64,000 bases of DNA, from positions 37,171 to 101,170 of the forward strand of contig JAFPYR010000098.1 in the NCBI GenBank assembly GCA_017412115.1. Direction: 5' to 3'. Shown one piece after another: positions 1 to 10,193 of this stretch. The notes below the pieces were generated by a model. That model ran no database searches. It saw nothing but the letters and a program-made list of their open reading frames with translations, and had not been told where the DNA came from. The translations under genes and the position numbers were made by a program. This DNA is from Bacteroidales bacterium (lineage in GTDB: Bacteria > Bacteroidota > Bacteroidia > Bacteroidales > UBA3824). Position 1 is the first letter of the stretch; each line of letters begins with the position of its first letter.

Positions 1-2
1 GT

Positions 3-944
3 GCTGCATTTTTGGTTTATTGCGACTGTTCGTCAAAGGTTTTGAACAAAACGATGAAAATTTGCGCCGTTGTAACCGACGGTGAAATTGATAATCTTAA
101 AACCGGTAAAAATGCGATTTTCGTAGATAGAGAAAACAACGTTTGGGATGCAACAATTACAAAAGTTATCGAAAATCCGATTTCAATACGCGAGGCTTTT
201 TGGACACCGTACAGAAAAGTTGCAAGTTTTATCGAAGAACAGGTTACAAAATTTGCAGCCTCCAAAGACAAAGAAATGACAGACAAAACCTTAGGCTCAA
301 TAGCCGAAGGAGGAACAAAACTTACGGAAAAATCAGCGGCAGCAGCAAAAGCAGCTGAAACCGCATCAACGGAAACTGCGGTAGCCGAGGCTAAAATTGC
401 AGAATCTACATCTAAAAAAGAGGCTTTCGACATTGCTAAATACTGCGGTATTTTTGCCGCAATCGGTATGGCGTTAGGAACGATAGGCACATTTTTAGTT
501 GCAGCCGCAACAGGATTTATGAAGTTGTCAGTATTCAAAATGATTTTGGCTGTTTTGGCGATAATACTGATTATTTCAGGTCCGTCAATGCTTTTAGCAT
601 ACTTGAAACTGCGCAAAAGAAACCTTTCTCCGCTACTCAACGCCAACGGTTGGGCAATCAATGCGCATGCCTTTGTTAATATCATGTTCGGTTCAACACT
701 TACACATCTCGTTAAATTCCCAAGAGTAAATGTTAAAGACCCGCTTGCCGACAAAGGCTATCCGAAATGGAAAATCGTACTTTGGATTTTGTTAGCATTA
801 GCAATAATAGGTTTTGTACTCTATTGCAACGGCAGTCTTCACAGATTCGGTCTTGACCCGATACCGCTTTTGGATTTTACGGACAAAATTGACGCAAGTG
901 CAATTCCTTCAACAACTTCAACGGCTCCCGCTCCTGAAATTTAA
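3..944 (+). CDS. C-terminal part of a membrane protein of unknown function (5' end outside window)
   Basis: Frame is open from the window edge, with no stop upstream of the TTG at 12. An Ala/Glu/Thr-rich linker is followed by several hydrophobic helices (IFAAIGMALGTIGTFLVAAA, ILAVLAIILIISGPSML, IVLWILLALAIIGFVLY). A hairpin terminator follows. No family recognised. Confidence 0.5.
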   Translation, partial: AAFLVYCDCSSKVLNKTMKICAVVTDGEIDNLKTGKNAIFVDRENNVWDATITKVIENPISIREAFWTPYRKVASFIEEQVTKFAASKDKEMTDKTLGSIAEGGTKLTEKSAAAAKAAETASTETAVAEAKIAESTSKKEAFDIAKYCGIFAAIGMALGTIGTFLVAAATGFMKLSVFKMILAVLAIILIISGPSMLLAYLKLRKRNLSPLLNANGWAINAHAFVNIMFGSTLTHLVKFPRVNVKDPLADKGYPKWKIVLWILLALAIIGFVLYCNGSLHRFGLDPIPLLDFTDKIDASAIPSTTSTAPAPEI

Positions 945-974
945 TTTTTTCATTATATACCATAACGCAACTAA

Positions 975-1014
975 ATGCAAGGCCACTAAAAAATGCGGTC
1001 TTGCATTTTTTTTT
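975..1014 (+). terminator. Rho-independent terminator
   Basis: ATGCAAG (975-981) pairs with CTTGCAT (1000-1006) and is followed by a T9 run, directly after the stop at 944. Confidence 0.6.
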
Positions 1015-1129
1015 GACATTTTTTTCTTTTAGATTTTAAGGCTAAATATAAAAAAAATCAGAAAAGTTTAAAGCAAAGCAGCATCAATTTAAATGGAAAA
1101 TTACATTTTTTTATAACAGTATTTTTATC

Positions 1130-1137
1130 TAATTTTG
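1130..1137 (+). promoter_or_regulatory. Bacteroidetes-type -7 promoter box (TAnnTTTG)
   Basis: TAATTTTG lies 61 nt upstream of the ATG at 1199. Confidence 0.35.
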
Positions 1138-1198
1138 CGCTGTAATTTTTGAGGAATAAAAAAAACAGAATTATTAACTATAAAAAAAATTATACAAA

Positions 1199-2329
1199 AT
1201 GAAAGTATTAAAAAATGCAGTTTTAACAGCAGCCGTTGCTGCTTTAGGTCTTCAAGCAGAGGCTCAAATTACTATTGCGCCTGACAACGACAAAGATTTT
1301 AAATTGAAATTTATCGGTAGAACAAATTTTGATGCCGGTACTTATCTCAACCGCAACGACAAAGGAACATATAAAAACGGTGACGGTGAAGTAGATAATG
1401 CTATCTTAATAAACGATACCCGTCTTGGTTTTGTTGGAACAAAAGACAAATGGGAAGGTAAAGTTGAGGTTTGCTACACTAACGGTGCTATTTCGTTCAG
1501 AGATGTTACTTTGAAATACTCTTTCAACGAACACAGCAGAATCACATTCGGTAATCAATTCATGCCTTACGGTATCAAATTGACCGGTATCAACTACAAA
1601 TTCACCGAAGATCCTTCTGTAGACTACACATTCTGTCCATCAAGAAAAGTCGGTGTTAATTACCTTTACACAACTGATGGTTTCAACCTTTCAACAGGTC
1701 TTTATTCTAACGGAAATGTAGACAAAAAAGCTTATAATCAAGGTTTTAACGCTGGCTTACAATTAATCTGGAGACCCGTTTACGATGAAACGACAGTATT
1801 CCACATCGGCGGTGCATTCTTGTATACCGACAAAGGTTCGTCTGAAAATCCCTCTTTCAAAGGTGTAGTTCCGGCTTCTATCGAGGCTACAACACTCATT
1901 CAAACCGGTGAATTAGAGGCTCCAAATTACGAACGTTATGAATTACAAGCTCTCTTTATCAAAGAAAAATGGTTGTTGGAGGCTCACTTCATGGGCGCAA
2001 GCGTTAATACTGAAAAAAGAAGCAATTTCACCGGCGTTTGGGGTCAGGTTTCTTATCAAATCATAGGCGATCAACAGAAATATAACAAAGTTACGGGCTT
2101 ACCTATCACTTCAGCTCCCGGAACATTGGAAGTTTTAGGTCGCGTTGATTATCTTAATCTCGATAATTTCGGTAATCAAACCGACTTTGAACTCGGTCTT
2201 AACTACATCATTAACAAACATTTCAACGTAAAATTCAACTACGTTGTTGCAACGGGTAAAGATCGTCCGGATATTACCGAAGACAGAACTTTGAATCTCA
2301 TTCAAACAAGACTTCAATTCTCATTCTAA
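1199..2329 (+). CDS. Outer-membrane beta-barrel porin (phosphate-selective porin O/P-like)
   Basis: Signal peptide (AVAALGLQAEAQ). Alternating beta-strand pattern throughout, Gly/Asn/Tyr-rich, with a C-terminal aromatic residue (LQFSF). Followed by a strong terminator. Confidence 0.6.
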   Translation: MKVLKNAVLTAAVAALGLQAEAQITIAPDNDKDFKLKFIGRTNFDAGTYLNRNDKGTYKNGDGEVDNAILINDTRLGFVGTKDKWEGKVEVCYTNGAISFRDVTLKYSFNEHSRITFGNQFMPYGIKLTGINYKFTEDPSVDYTFCPSRKVGVNYLYTTDGFNLSTGLYSNGNVDKKAYNQGFNAGLQLIWRPVYDETTVFHIGGAFLYTDKGSSENPSFKGVVPASIEATTLIQTGELEAPNYERYELQALFIKEKWLLEAHFMGASVNTEKRSNFTGVWGQVSYQIIGDQQKYNKVTGLPITSAPGTLEVLGRVDYLNLDNFGNQTDFELGLNYIINKHFNVKFNYVVATGKDRPDITEDRTLNLIQTRLQFSF

Positions 2330-2349
2330 AAAATATTCTTCTTTTAAAA

Positions 2350-2386
2350 AAAAACGGCGGAAAAAATCAATCCGCCGTTTTTTTTT
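2350..2386 (+). terminator. Rho-independent terminator
   Basis: AAAAACGGCGGA ... TCCGCCGTTTTTTTTT: a GC-rich 7-bp stem (2355-2361 / 2371-2377) followed by a T9 run. Confidence 0.8.
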
Positions 2387-2433
2387 GTTTATTATTAATT
2401 ACATTTTTCTTTGGTAATCTTTGAAATATCATC

Positions 2434-2441
2434 TAATTTTG
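2434..2441 (+). promoter_or_regulatory. Bacteroidetes-type -7 promoter box (TAnnTTTG)
   Basis: TAATTTTG lies 28 nt upstream of the ATG at 2470. The leader is A-rich. Confidence 0.4.
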
Positions 2442-2469
2442 CAAATAAAAAAATAAAAAAAAAAAAACG

Positions 2470-5250
2470 ATGAAAAAAATTTTACTTGCATCATTATTGT
2501 TAATATCCATTAATGCTAAAGCTCAAATTTCAGGCTACACAGCCGAAAAATTAATCAACAGCGGGAAATTTCAAAAAGCTGAAACTAAAATTTCAGCAGT
2601 TTTACAAAAAAATCCCGAAGATTGTAACGCTAATTTTGCAGCCTATAAACTTAATTCTTGTCAAAATTACGAAAAATTCAACCCCGAAACCGCTTATTCG
2701 TATCTTGAAAAATCTCAAAACGATTTCAATAACAGCGACTCAAAACGCCGTCCGAAACTTTCAAAACAAGGTTACAACGAAACCGAATTTATGAACGAAT
2801 TTTCAAAAGTTTCGCAATTCGGACTCAATATTGCCGACCAAGAAAACACTATTGAGGCTTACAAACACTTCTTGAAATTTTATCAAAAAGCAAACGAAGA
2901 ACAAAAAGAATTAGCGACTTCAAGCCGTAACAAATTGGCGTTTGAAAACGCTCTCAACAAAAATACCGTAGAATCATACACGTATTTTTTGAACACCTAT
3001 CCTGATGCCGCTGAAGCCGAAGAAGCTTTAAGACGCCGCAACGCCTTAGCTTACAACCGCGCTGCCGCTATCGGAACAACCAAAGCCTTTGAAGATTTTA
3101 TCAACACCTATCCAAATGCCGAAGAAGTAAGTTCGGCTTGGCACAATATTTACAAAATAGAATACGAAAACGTCTTGAAAATCAACACGGAAAGTGCTTT
3201 CCGAAATTATTGCGCAAAATATCCTCAAAGCCCTTACGCCCCTCAAGCCGAAGAAAAAGCAAATTTAATGCAATTTGCCAACGAGGTAACACCCGGCGAC
3301 TGGCTCTCTTATAAAAATTACATCAACAAGCATTTCAACAACAAATCCATTGTTAAAACCGCTGAAATAGAAATCTTAAAACTCTGCGAAAAATCATACG
3401 AAATTCAAGCTCTTGATTATTTAGTAGAAAACTCTAAAGAGTATATCCGAGATACCGCTCTTATAATTCTTCACGAAATTTACGCCCAAAGCGGCGAAAG
3501 AAATTCGATAATAAATTTTTATTCAAAATACGATGTTTCTAATTGTCAAAGACTTTCAAGCATTAAAGAAAAAGAAATACAGGCTGTTAAAGAATTATGG
3601 TACAAAGACAGCGAATTTATCAAAGCTTTTGCGCCCAACTTCCTTGCACTCAAAAGATTAACAAGTTTAATTTCTGACAATCTGAAAAATAAAGAATGGT
3701 CGAAAGCGTTGAAAACCGTAGCTACTTACAAAAAATATTTCGGCACCGATTATAAATATCTCAACATTTTGAACACTCTTAAAACAGAATATGACAAGTC
3801 AATAAAAATCAACGATATTGGCTCTGCAATCAATTTCAAACCGGGCAGACAATATTCCGTTGCAATATCCGCCGATGACAAAACAATTCTTTTCTGCGGA
3901 CAAAACCGTAAAGACAGCAACGGCGGTGAAGATATTTTTGTTTCAACAAAGAAAAACGGCGTTTGGACGACATCAAAACCGATTTCCGATTTAAACACCA
4001 AATACGGAAACGAAGCTCCTGAGGCTCTTTCTGCTGACGGAACTAAACTAATTTTGTTCAAAAACGGAAAACTCTGTAAGTCAGAAAAAGAAAAAAAAGG
4101 TTGGTCCTCGCCCGAGGTTATGCCCGAAAACATCAACATCTGTTCTTGGCAGTCTGATGCTATGATAAGCAGCGACGGAAAAGCAATACTTTTTGCCGCC
4201 GCTCAAGAAACTCCTCATGAAATACAAGAGGGTTATTCGGTTTATGACCATTCCAACATTTACGTTTCGCTGCTCAACGAAGATGGAGAATGGGAAACTC
4301 CTATCGACCTCGGTCCTATGATTAACACGCCGTTTTGCGACCGTGCGCCGTTTTTGCACCCCGACATGAAAACACTTTATTTCAGCTCGCAAGGTCACGG
4401 CTCACTCGGCGGTATGGATATTTTTATGACAACAAGACTCTCTGAAGATAGTTGGACTCAATGGAGCGAACCCATTAATTTGGGAAAAGAAATCAACACT
4501 ATAGGTGATGATTGTTGGTACAAAATTTCAACAGACGGCAAAATAGCATATTTTTCAAAATCAACAAACGAAAACGACAAAATCATGTGGCTTAACCTTC
4601 CTGAAAGGCTCCGACCTAATCCCGTTGCAACAATTTCAGGACAACTTTGCGACAAGAAAGGCAAAGCCGTTTCCACCTCTATACGTTGGGAAGATTTGGA
4701 AGAAAACATCACTGTCGGACAATCTCAAACCGACCCCGTGGACGGAAGTTTTTTCATTGTTCTCCCAATGGGAAAAAATTACGGTTATTACATCAACGAT
4801 GATGATTATTTTCCGCTTGCTAACAATATCGACCTTAGAGGAAAAAACGAAAATATCATTTTAGAGAAAAAACTTGAGGTCGCCTCAATAAAACAAATGA
4901 TTGAAGAAAATATACCGATGCCGCTCAACAACATATTTTTTGCCGTAGGTGATTCTACTCTGATGACAAGTTCTGTTGCCGAACTGACTCGCGTGGCTGA
5001 ACTTATCAACAAAATAGGATTAAAAGTAGAAATAAGCGGACATACCGACAACACAGGCGATTTTGCCAAAAATCAAGAACTCTCAAAAGCGCGTGCAAAT
5101 TCGGTTTATAATTTCCTTATAAGCAAAGGTTGTAACGCTCAAAAACTTACAAGCACCGGTTACGGTCAAACCCGCCCCGTGGCATCAAACAAAACAGCTG
5201 AAGGACGGCAACAAAACCGCAGAGTTGAAATAAGATTTCTAAAAAACTAA
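2470..5250 (+). CDS. Large OmpA-family envelope protein (TPR-like N-terminus, TolB/PD40-like repeats, C-terminal OmpA domain)
   Basis: Signal peptide. The C-terminus carries the OmpA_C signature (NIFFAVGDSTL ... ISGHTDNTGDFAKNQELSKARANSV ... GYGQTRPVASN ... NRRVEIRF). The middle holds repeated WD40-like PD40 segments (SADGKTILF, SSDGKAILF, HPDMKTLYFSS). Confidence 0.85.
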   Translation: MKKILLASLLLISINAKAQISGYTAEKLINSGKFQKAETKISAVLQKNPEDCNANFAAYKLNSCQNYEKFNPETAYSYLEKSQNDFNNSDSKRRPKLSKQGYNETEFMNEFSKVSQFGLNIADQENTIEAYKHFLKFYQKANEEQKELATSSRNKLAFENALNKNTVESYTYFLNTYPDAAEAEEALRRRNALAYNRAAAIGTTKAFEDFINTYPNAEEVSSAWHNIYKIEYENVLKINTESAFRNYCAKYPQSPYAPQAEEKANLMQFANEVTPGDWLSYKNYINKHFNNKSIVKTAEIEILKLCEKSYEIQALDYLVENSKEYIRDTALIILHEIYAQSGERNSIINFYSKYDVSNCQRLSSIKEKEIQAVKELWYKDSEFIKAFAPNFLALKRLTSLISDNLKNKEWSKALKTVATYKKYFGTDYKYLNILNTLKTEYDKSIKINDIGSAINFKPGRQYSVAISADDKTILFCGQNRKDSNGGEDIFVSTKKNGVWTTSKPISDLNTKYGNEAPEALSADGTKLILFKNGKLCKSEKEKKGWSSPEVMPENINICSWQSDAMISSDGKAILFAAAQETPHEIQEGYSVYDHSNIYVSLLNEDGEWETPIDLGPMINTPFCDRAPFLHPDMKTLYFSSQGHGSLGGMDIFMTTRLSEDSWTQWSEPINLGKEINTIGDDCWYKISTDGKIAYFSKSTNENDKIMWLNLPERLRPNPVATISGQLCDKKGKAVSTSIRWEDLEENITVGQSQTDPVDGSFFIVLPMGKNYGYYINDDDYFPLANNIDLRGKNENIILEKKLEVASIKQMIEENIPMPLNNIFFAVGDSTLMTSSVAELTRVAELINKIGLKVEISGHTDNTGDFAKNQELSKARANSVYNFLISKGCNAQKLTSTGYGQTRPVASNKTAEGRQQNRRVEIRFLKN

Positions 5251-5378
5251 ATTTTTTGAATGAAATCTTACAAAACCGTAACAAAAAAACATTTTTTATG
5301 CTAAATATTGTTAATGATAAAACGAACTAAAAAGAATTTTACGTTACTTTGTCAAACTAAAATTTTATTATAAAAGAG

Positions 5379-6983
5379 ATGAAAAGAATTTTTACATTTT
5401 TGACGGCTCTGATTCTGTCTGCTAACATGGCTAATGCTCAGGGCTATGAAATCGAAGTCAAGATTAAATCAGTCCCTAACGATACATTAATTTTGGGACA
5501 TCACTTCAATGAAAGACTTATCCCCGACGATACAATAAAACTCGACGGAACGGGAAGAGGTGTTTTCAAAGGAAAAGAAGCTCTGCCGACAGGTATGTAT
5601 TTCATCTTTCTGCCAAACAAAAACTATTTCGATTTTTTAATCGATAAAAAAGCCGGCGAAAAATTTTACATCGAAAACGATACAACTGATTTCTTGAAAA
5701 ACGTCGTAATCAAAAACAGCCTTGAAAATCAGGTGTTTATGGATTATCAAATATTCTTAGCGGAAAAACAAAAACAGTTCAAAGAACTTAAAGAAGAATA
5801 CGATAAAATAAAAGACGGTAAAAACGCAGAAGCCAAACGTCAAGAAATTATTGACAGGCAAAATGCACTAAATCAAGAGGTTGATAATAAATATACTGAG
5901 CAAATAAAAACATACCCCGATATGTTTTTCTCTAAATTCTTAACCGCAACACGCGATGTTACAATTCCTGATAATATTACCGACCAAACTCAGAGGTATT
6001 ATTATTACAAAAACCATTTCTTCGATAATTTTGACATATCGGACGGTGCACTCCTTCGTACCCCGATTTATCAAAACAAAATCGAAAGATACATCGACCA
6101 AATGGTTGTGCAAATGCCTGATTCTCTGATAAAAGAAACGACATGGCTGGTAAATAAAACCCGTCCGAAAGGCAAACTCGACGAGAAAAACGGAGAACTT
6201 TTCCGTTTCATGTTAGTTTACTTTTTCAACAAATACGCAAAGAGCGAAAATATGGTTGCTGAAAATGTATACTGCTCATTAGCAGATATTTACATCAAAG
6301 ATGCTTTTTGGGATACCGACTCTTTCAAAACAAAACTCAAAGAACGTGTAGACAAAAAGAAAAACTGTTTGGTGGGAAACATTTCAAAAGACATAACGGT
6401 AAAATTGATACCTGACAGCAAGGAAGGAATGGATGCTCTGAGACCCGCAATCGACGAACTTAAAAACAAAGGCGTAGAAATCGAAAAGGCAAAACCCGAT
6501 TTTGAAGCCCGCAGAAACGATGTCGTAAAACTCCTTGATAGTTTTATCAATAAATTCGGCAAAAATTATTATTCAATGCACCAAATGTCAGCAAAATACA
6601 AACTCCTTGTTTTTTGGGATGCTGATTGTTCGCATTGTAAAGAAGAATTGCCGAAATTATGTCAGTATTTCAAAGACACTTTAAGCGCTACTGGCTGCGA
6701 GGTTTTCGCCGTTTATATGAACAAATCCGTTGACAATCTCTCTGAAGTAAGCCGCGGTTTTGGAAAATGTTTTGATTTCTTGCAGGAAAAAGGAATTCAC
6801 AACATAAAAGGTTGGCATAATATGTTTAACCCGTTCGACCAATACAGAACAAATTACGACATCAATTCTACGCCGACAATTTATTTGTTAAACAAAGATA
6901 ATGAGATACTTGCAAAAAGAATTGCACATACTCAGGCCTACGATTTGATAAAATACATTGAAGAAAACGAACAGAAAAAATAA
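5379..6983 (+). CDS. Thioredoxin-fold (TlpA/ResA-like) lipoprotein/periplasmic protein with N-terminal DUF4369/DUF5106-like region
   Basis: Signal peptide. CxxC redox motif in thioredoxin context (LLVFWDADCSHCKEELPKL). Paralogue of the next gene. Confidence 0.7.
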   Translation: MKRIFTFLTALILSANMANAQGYEIEVKIKSVPNDTLILGHHFNERLIPDDTIKLDGTGRGVFKGKEALPTGMYFIFLPNKNYFDFLIDKKAGEKFYIENDTTDFLKNVVIKNSLENQVFMDYQIFLAEKQKQFKELKEEYDKIKDGKNAEAKRQEIIDRQNALNQEVDNKYTEQIKTYPDMFFSKFLTATRDVTIPDNITDQTQRYYYYKNHFFDNFDISDGALLRTPIYQNKIERYIDQMVVQMPDSLIKETTWLVNKTRPKGKLDEKNGELFRFMLVYFFNKYAKSENMVAENVYCSLADIYIKDAFWDTDSFKTKLKERVDKKKNCLVGNISKDITVKLIPDSKEGMDALRPAIDELKNKGVEIEKAKPDFEARRNDVVKLLDSFINKFGKNYYSMHQMSAKYKLLVFWDADCSHCKEELPKLCQYFKDTLSATGCEVFAVYMNKSVDNLSEVSRGFGKCFDFLQEKGIHNIKGWHNMFNPFDQYRTNYDINSTPTIYLLNKDNEILAKRIAHTQAYDLIKYIEENEQKK

Positions 6984-6993
6984 TTTAAAAAAA

Positions 6994-8337
6994 ATGAACA
7001 AAAAATTTTGGCTGTCGTTGTCAATGCTGGTTTTAACGGTTGCGGGATTTTCGCAAGGTTATAAACTGACGATAAAATTTTCGCATTACAAACCACAAAA
7101 AGTCAGACTCGCTTATTATTACGAGGACAAACAATATTTGGCTGTTGATTCGGCCTCTCAAAGCGGCAGCACAGTTGTTTTTCAAGGTGCTGAACCACTT
7201 CCGAGCGGAATTTATTCCATAATTTTGACCGACGAATCAACATACTTTGATGTCCTAATCGACAAGGACAACCAAAATTTTACTATGAAATGCGATGTCA
7301 AAGACCCGCAAAAAACAATGAAAATTTCAGGGTCAGAGGTTAATGCGAAATTCTTCAATTATCAACGGAGAATGACCGCTCTTAACATCGAACAGCACAG
7401 ACTTGATACTCTGAAAAAATACGAAAAAGATTCGTCAAAAATCAAAGAATACGATTCTAAATTATCCGAAATTGATGACGAATATCAAAAAGCATTAAAA
7501 GAAACAGTTGAGACCAACAAAGGCAATATTTTGTCTGATATGCTTGACTGTCTTAATGCACCTAACAATCCGGGTAACAGTCAGTTAGACCATGTAAATT
7601 TTTCAAATTCGGCTCTTCTTAGAACGCCTTTTTTTTACAAGGTAATACGCGCACACATTGCACGTCATATCGAGGAGGGTCAATACGAGATTATGCGTCA
7701 AAACGATTTAATAATCTCTAAAGCTAAAGCTAATTCTGACATATATCATTACGTAACAGGCTATTTGCTAACGTTTTACAGAACTTTCTTTAAACTTGGA
7801 ATCAATGAAGTTTTTGTAAGACTGGCTGACAAATATTTTCTGGCAGATACTGTAAAAGGTTTGTCAGAGGAAAACCGACAAATGATAAAAGAGCAAAGAG
7901 ATGTTTATAATGCGTCAATTCCGGGCTCTGAGGCTGTTAATATCAAGGTTTGCAACACTTTAACCGGCGATTCGCTAAACGTTTTGGACAATATTAAAGA
8001 CAAACTTCTTTTACTTTTTTGGGCTAACGGCTGCGGACACTGCGACAGCGCAGAAAATGCAATTAAATACTATTATAACGGTCTGAAAAAGAACAACATA
8101 ACGGTAATTTCCGTTACAAACGACAAACACAGTTACGAATCCTTGAAATACAATTCTCAGCAAAAGAATTTTCCATGGATTGACTGTTGCGACACCAAAA
8201 ACTATTCCCGCTACAGGGAATATTATTATGTTGTCTCTACTCCGGTACTTTATATAATTGATAAACAGAAAATTATAATCAACAAAGTTGTCGGCGAAGA
8301 CAGAATAACTGATATAGTACAAAAACTAAGTGAATAG
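6994..8337 (+). CDS. Thioredoxin-fold (TlpA/ResA-like) protein, tandem paralogue
   Basis: Start moved to M13 of the tracked ORF (MNKKFWLSLSMLVLTVAGFSQ is a signal peptide), 11 nt after the upstream stop. CxxC motif (LLLFWANGCGHCDSAE). Confidence 0.7.
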   Translation: MNKKFWLSLSMLVLTVAGFSQGYKLTIKFSHYKPQKVRLAYYYEDKQYLAVDSASQSGSTVVFQGAEPLPSGIYSIILTDESTYFDVLIDKDNQNFTMKCDVKDPQKTMKISGSEVNAKFFNYQRRMTALNIEQHRLDTLKKYEKDSSKIKEYDSKLSEIDDEYQKALKETVETNKGNILSDMLDCLNAPNNPGNSQLDHVNFSNSALLRTPFFYKVIRAHIARHIEEGQYEIMRQNDLIISKAKANSDIYHYVTGYLLTFYRTFFKLGINEVFVRLADKYFLADTVKGLSEENRQMIKEQRDVYNASIPGSEAVNIKVCNTLTGDSLNVLDNIKDKLLLLFWANGCGHCDSAENAIKYYYNGLKKNNITVISVTNDKHSYESLKYNSQQKNFPWIDCCDTKNYSRYREYYYVVSTPVLYIIDKQKIIINKVVGEDRITDIVQKLSE

Positions 8338-8345
8338 ATATTACC

Positions 8346-8900
8346 ATGAAAAAAGCGTACATTTTTTTGGCGGAAGGTTTTGAAGTAATTGAAGCCTTGG
8401 CAGCATACGACGTTTTTTGCCGTAGCGGCATCGACGTTAAAACCGTTTCTGTTGATAACAAGAAACAAGTTCCGGCATCGAACAAAATAAAAGTCGAGGC
8501 CGACAAACTGATTTTGGAAATTAAAGACTTTTCAGACGCAGATTTATTGTATTTGCCGGGAGGTTATCCGGGTTATGAAAACCTCGCAAACAATTCAAAA
8601 GTTGGCGAAATAGTAAAAAAACACTATGAAAACGGGAAACTTTTAGCAGCGATTTGCGGTGCTCCAACCGTTTTGAAGAAAAACAAAATCGGTTTGGGCA
8701 AAAAAATAACTTCACATTCCTGCTGCAAAGACGAGATGAGTGAAAATTATGTTTATACGGGCAACCCGATAGAAATTGACGGAAATTTGATAACTTCGAT
8801 CGGAGCCGGTCATACGGTGGATTTTGCAATTAAAATTGCAGGAATTCTCTGCGGTGATGAAGCCGTAAAAAAAATAAAAACGGGAATGGAACTGAAATAA
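8346..8900 (+). CDS. DJ-1/PfpI (ThiJ) family protein
   Basis: Nucleophile-elbow motif LLAAICGAPTVL. About 180 aa, with the typical DJ-1 layout (LPGG ... G). Confidence 0.85.
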   Translation: MKKAYIFLAEGFEVIEALAAYDVFCRSGIDVKTVSVDNKKQVPASNKIKVEADKLILEIKDFSDADLLYLPGGYPGYENLANNSKVGEIVKKHYENGKLLAAICGAPTVLKKNKIGLGKKITSHSCCKDEMSENYVYTGNPIEIDGNLITSIGAGHTVDFAIKIAGILCGDEAVKKIKTGMELK

Positions 8901-8916
8901 TTCTCTTTCTTAAAAT

Positions 8917-8948
8917 AAAAAAGCCGCATTTTTTTGCGGCTTTTTTTC
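8917..8948. terminator. Bidirectional rho-independent terminator between convergent genes
   Basis: AAAAAAGCCGCA tttttt TGCGGCTTTTTTT. The stem is flanked by an A-run and a T-run, so it can serve both 8346-8900 (+) and 8956-10191 (-). Confidence 0.75.
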
Positions 8949-8955
8949 TTGAAAA

Positions 8956-10191
8956 TTATTTTACAGAATTAACAACCTTGTACATAATAAGCCTGTCTCC
9001 CCTATCCTTTAGCAAAGTTGTGTAAACTGTTATCAGATAATCATTTTCGGTATTAAACCAACTGCCGGAAAGAAATTTCGTTTGATTGGTAGTTTTATTT
9101 TTTTCAACAAACTGAAAATTATAAAGTCCTTGTTTTAGAAGTAATTCCTTTTCCCAAAGATATGTTTGAGAATTGAATTCGAGTTTACTGTCAGAATTAA
9201 AAAGATAATCCGAAAGTTCGCCGTAAAGATAAATTTCACCATCGGCAAACGGGTCGTATTTCAGAGAAAAAAGAACTTTAATATAATCGGATTCCAAATC
9301 AAGAGAAAAACCTTTATCGTTTTTAATATAATAACGCCCGTTTAAATCCTCAAGATAAGTATACGAAATTTCAATCGGCATAAAAGGTGTCAGTTTATAA
9401 TTATAAATACCGTTTTTGAAAGTAATATCGTCGATGCCGAGGGCTTTGAAATGTACGTCCTTAGCATCGAAAAAACTAAATTCAGAACCGCCTTGAAAAA
9501 TATTTTCATCCGAATTTTTCTCATATAAAATCGTATTATGCGAAAAACCGCTTATTTCAAGCCTCCGACGCGAAGAAAAATCCGTGTTTTGCATCGCAAA
9601 AACTTTAAGATATTTAGCAGGGTTCGAGATTTGAAGTTTATCATTTAAAAAGCTGACTTTCAACTGTTGAGAATCAAAAGCGTAATCCAAAAGAAACGGT
9701 TTTGAAACTAAAGCTGAAATTTTAGAATTGTCAGACTCTTCATAAACCATAAACTTCTTGCGCAAAACAACATTATCCCTGTCAGAATCTTCAAAAACTT
9801 CAACGATATAATTTCCGCTGATTAAAAGTTTTAAATCATCATTAGGAATTTTCAGAGTGTAATGCGTAAAACTTTGATGCGTATTGAAAGAATTTTGATA
9901 ATCCTCAATTTGTCGTTCATCAAACCCTTCGGCAAACTCGTTAAAACTCAAATCGTCAGGTTCAAAATCTGCATCACAATGTCTAACAGAATAAGATAAA
10001 TTTTCATATTTATCGTCCAAAACGTCAAAATCCAAGCGCAAGACCTGCCCTAACTGACAAATAGGAAAACCAAAATCCGCTCCGTCAACTCTCACACGTG
10101 CCGTTTTAATGCCGTCCTTAACAAAATCCTCAACCTGCGCAAAAACAGAAAAAGGAAAAAAGAAAAAGAAAAAATATAAAAAGTTTTTCAT
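8956..10191 (-). CDS. DUF5103 family protein (type IX secretion system plug-like)
   Basis: Signal peptide. The N-terminal region matches the DUF5103 pattern as I remember it (LRLDFDVLDDKYENLSYSVRHCDADFEPDDLSFNEFAEGFDERQIEDYQNSFNT ... ISGNYIVEVFED). Confidence 0.6.
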   Translation of the reverse strand: MKNFLYFFFFFFPFSVFAQVEDFVKDGIKTARVRVDGADFGFPICQLGQVLRLDFDVLDDKYENLSYSVRHCDADFEPDDLSFNEFAEGFDERQIEDYQNSFNTHQSFTHYTLKIPNDDLKLLISGNYIVEVFEDSDRDNVVLRKKFMVYEESDNSKISALVSKPFLLDYAFDSQQLKVSFLNDKLQISNPAKYLKVFAMQNTDFSSRRRLEISGFSHNTILYEKNSDENIFQGGSEFSFFDAKDVHFKALGIDDITFKNGIYNYKLTPFMPIEISYTYLEDLNGRYYIKNDKGFSLDLESDYIKVLFSLKYDPFADGEIYLYGELSDYLFNSDSKLEFNSQTYLWEKELLLKQGLYNFQFVEKNKTTNQTKFLSGSWFNTENDYLITVYTTLLKDRGDRLIMYKVVNSVK

Positions 10192-10193
10192 TT

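Noticed and set aside
17-754. 245-aa minus-strand ORF antisense to the first (partial) gene.
   Set aside because: It is the mirror of an Ala-rich coding region and shows no start context or motif. The plus-strand frame has TM helices and a terminator.
2455-2467. A13 homopolymer between the -7 box and the ATG of the OmpA-family gene as a phase-variation tract.
   Set aside because: It lies in the 5' leader, not between promoter elements or in coding sequence. A-rich leaders are the normal translation-initiation context in Bacteroidota.
6958-6993. Upstream ATG (6958) of the second thioredoxin-fold gene, which would overlap the previous gene by 26 nt.
   Set aside because: The extra 12 residues (MKKTNRKNNLKK) precede a canonical signal peptide that starts at the Met at 6994. 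The shorter model removes the overlap.
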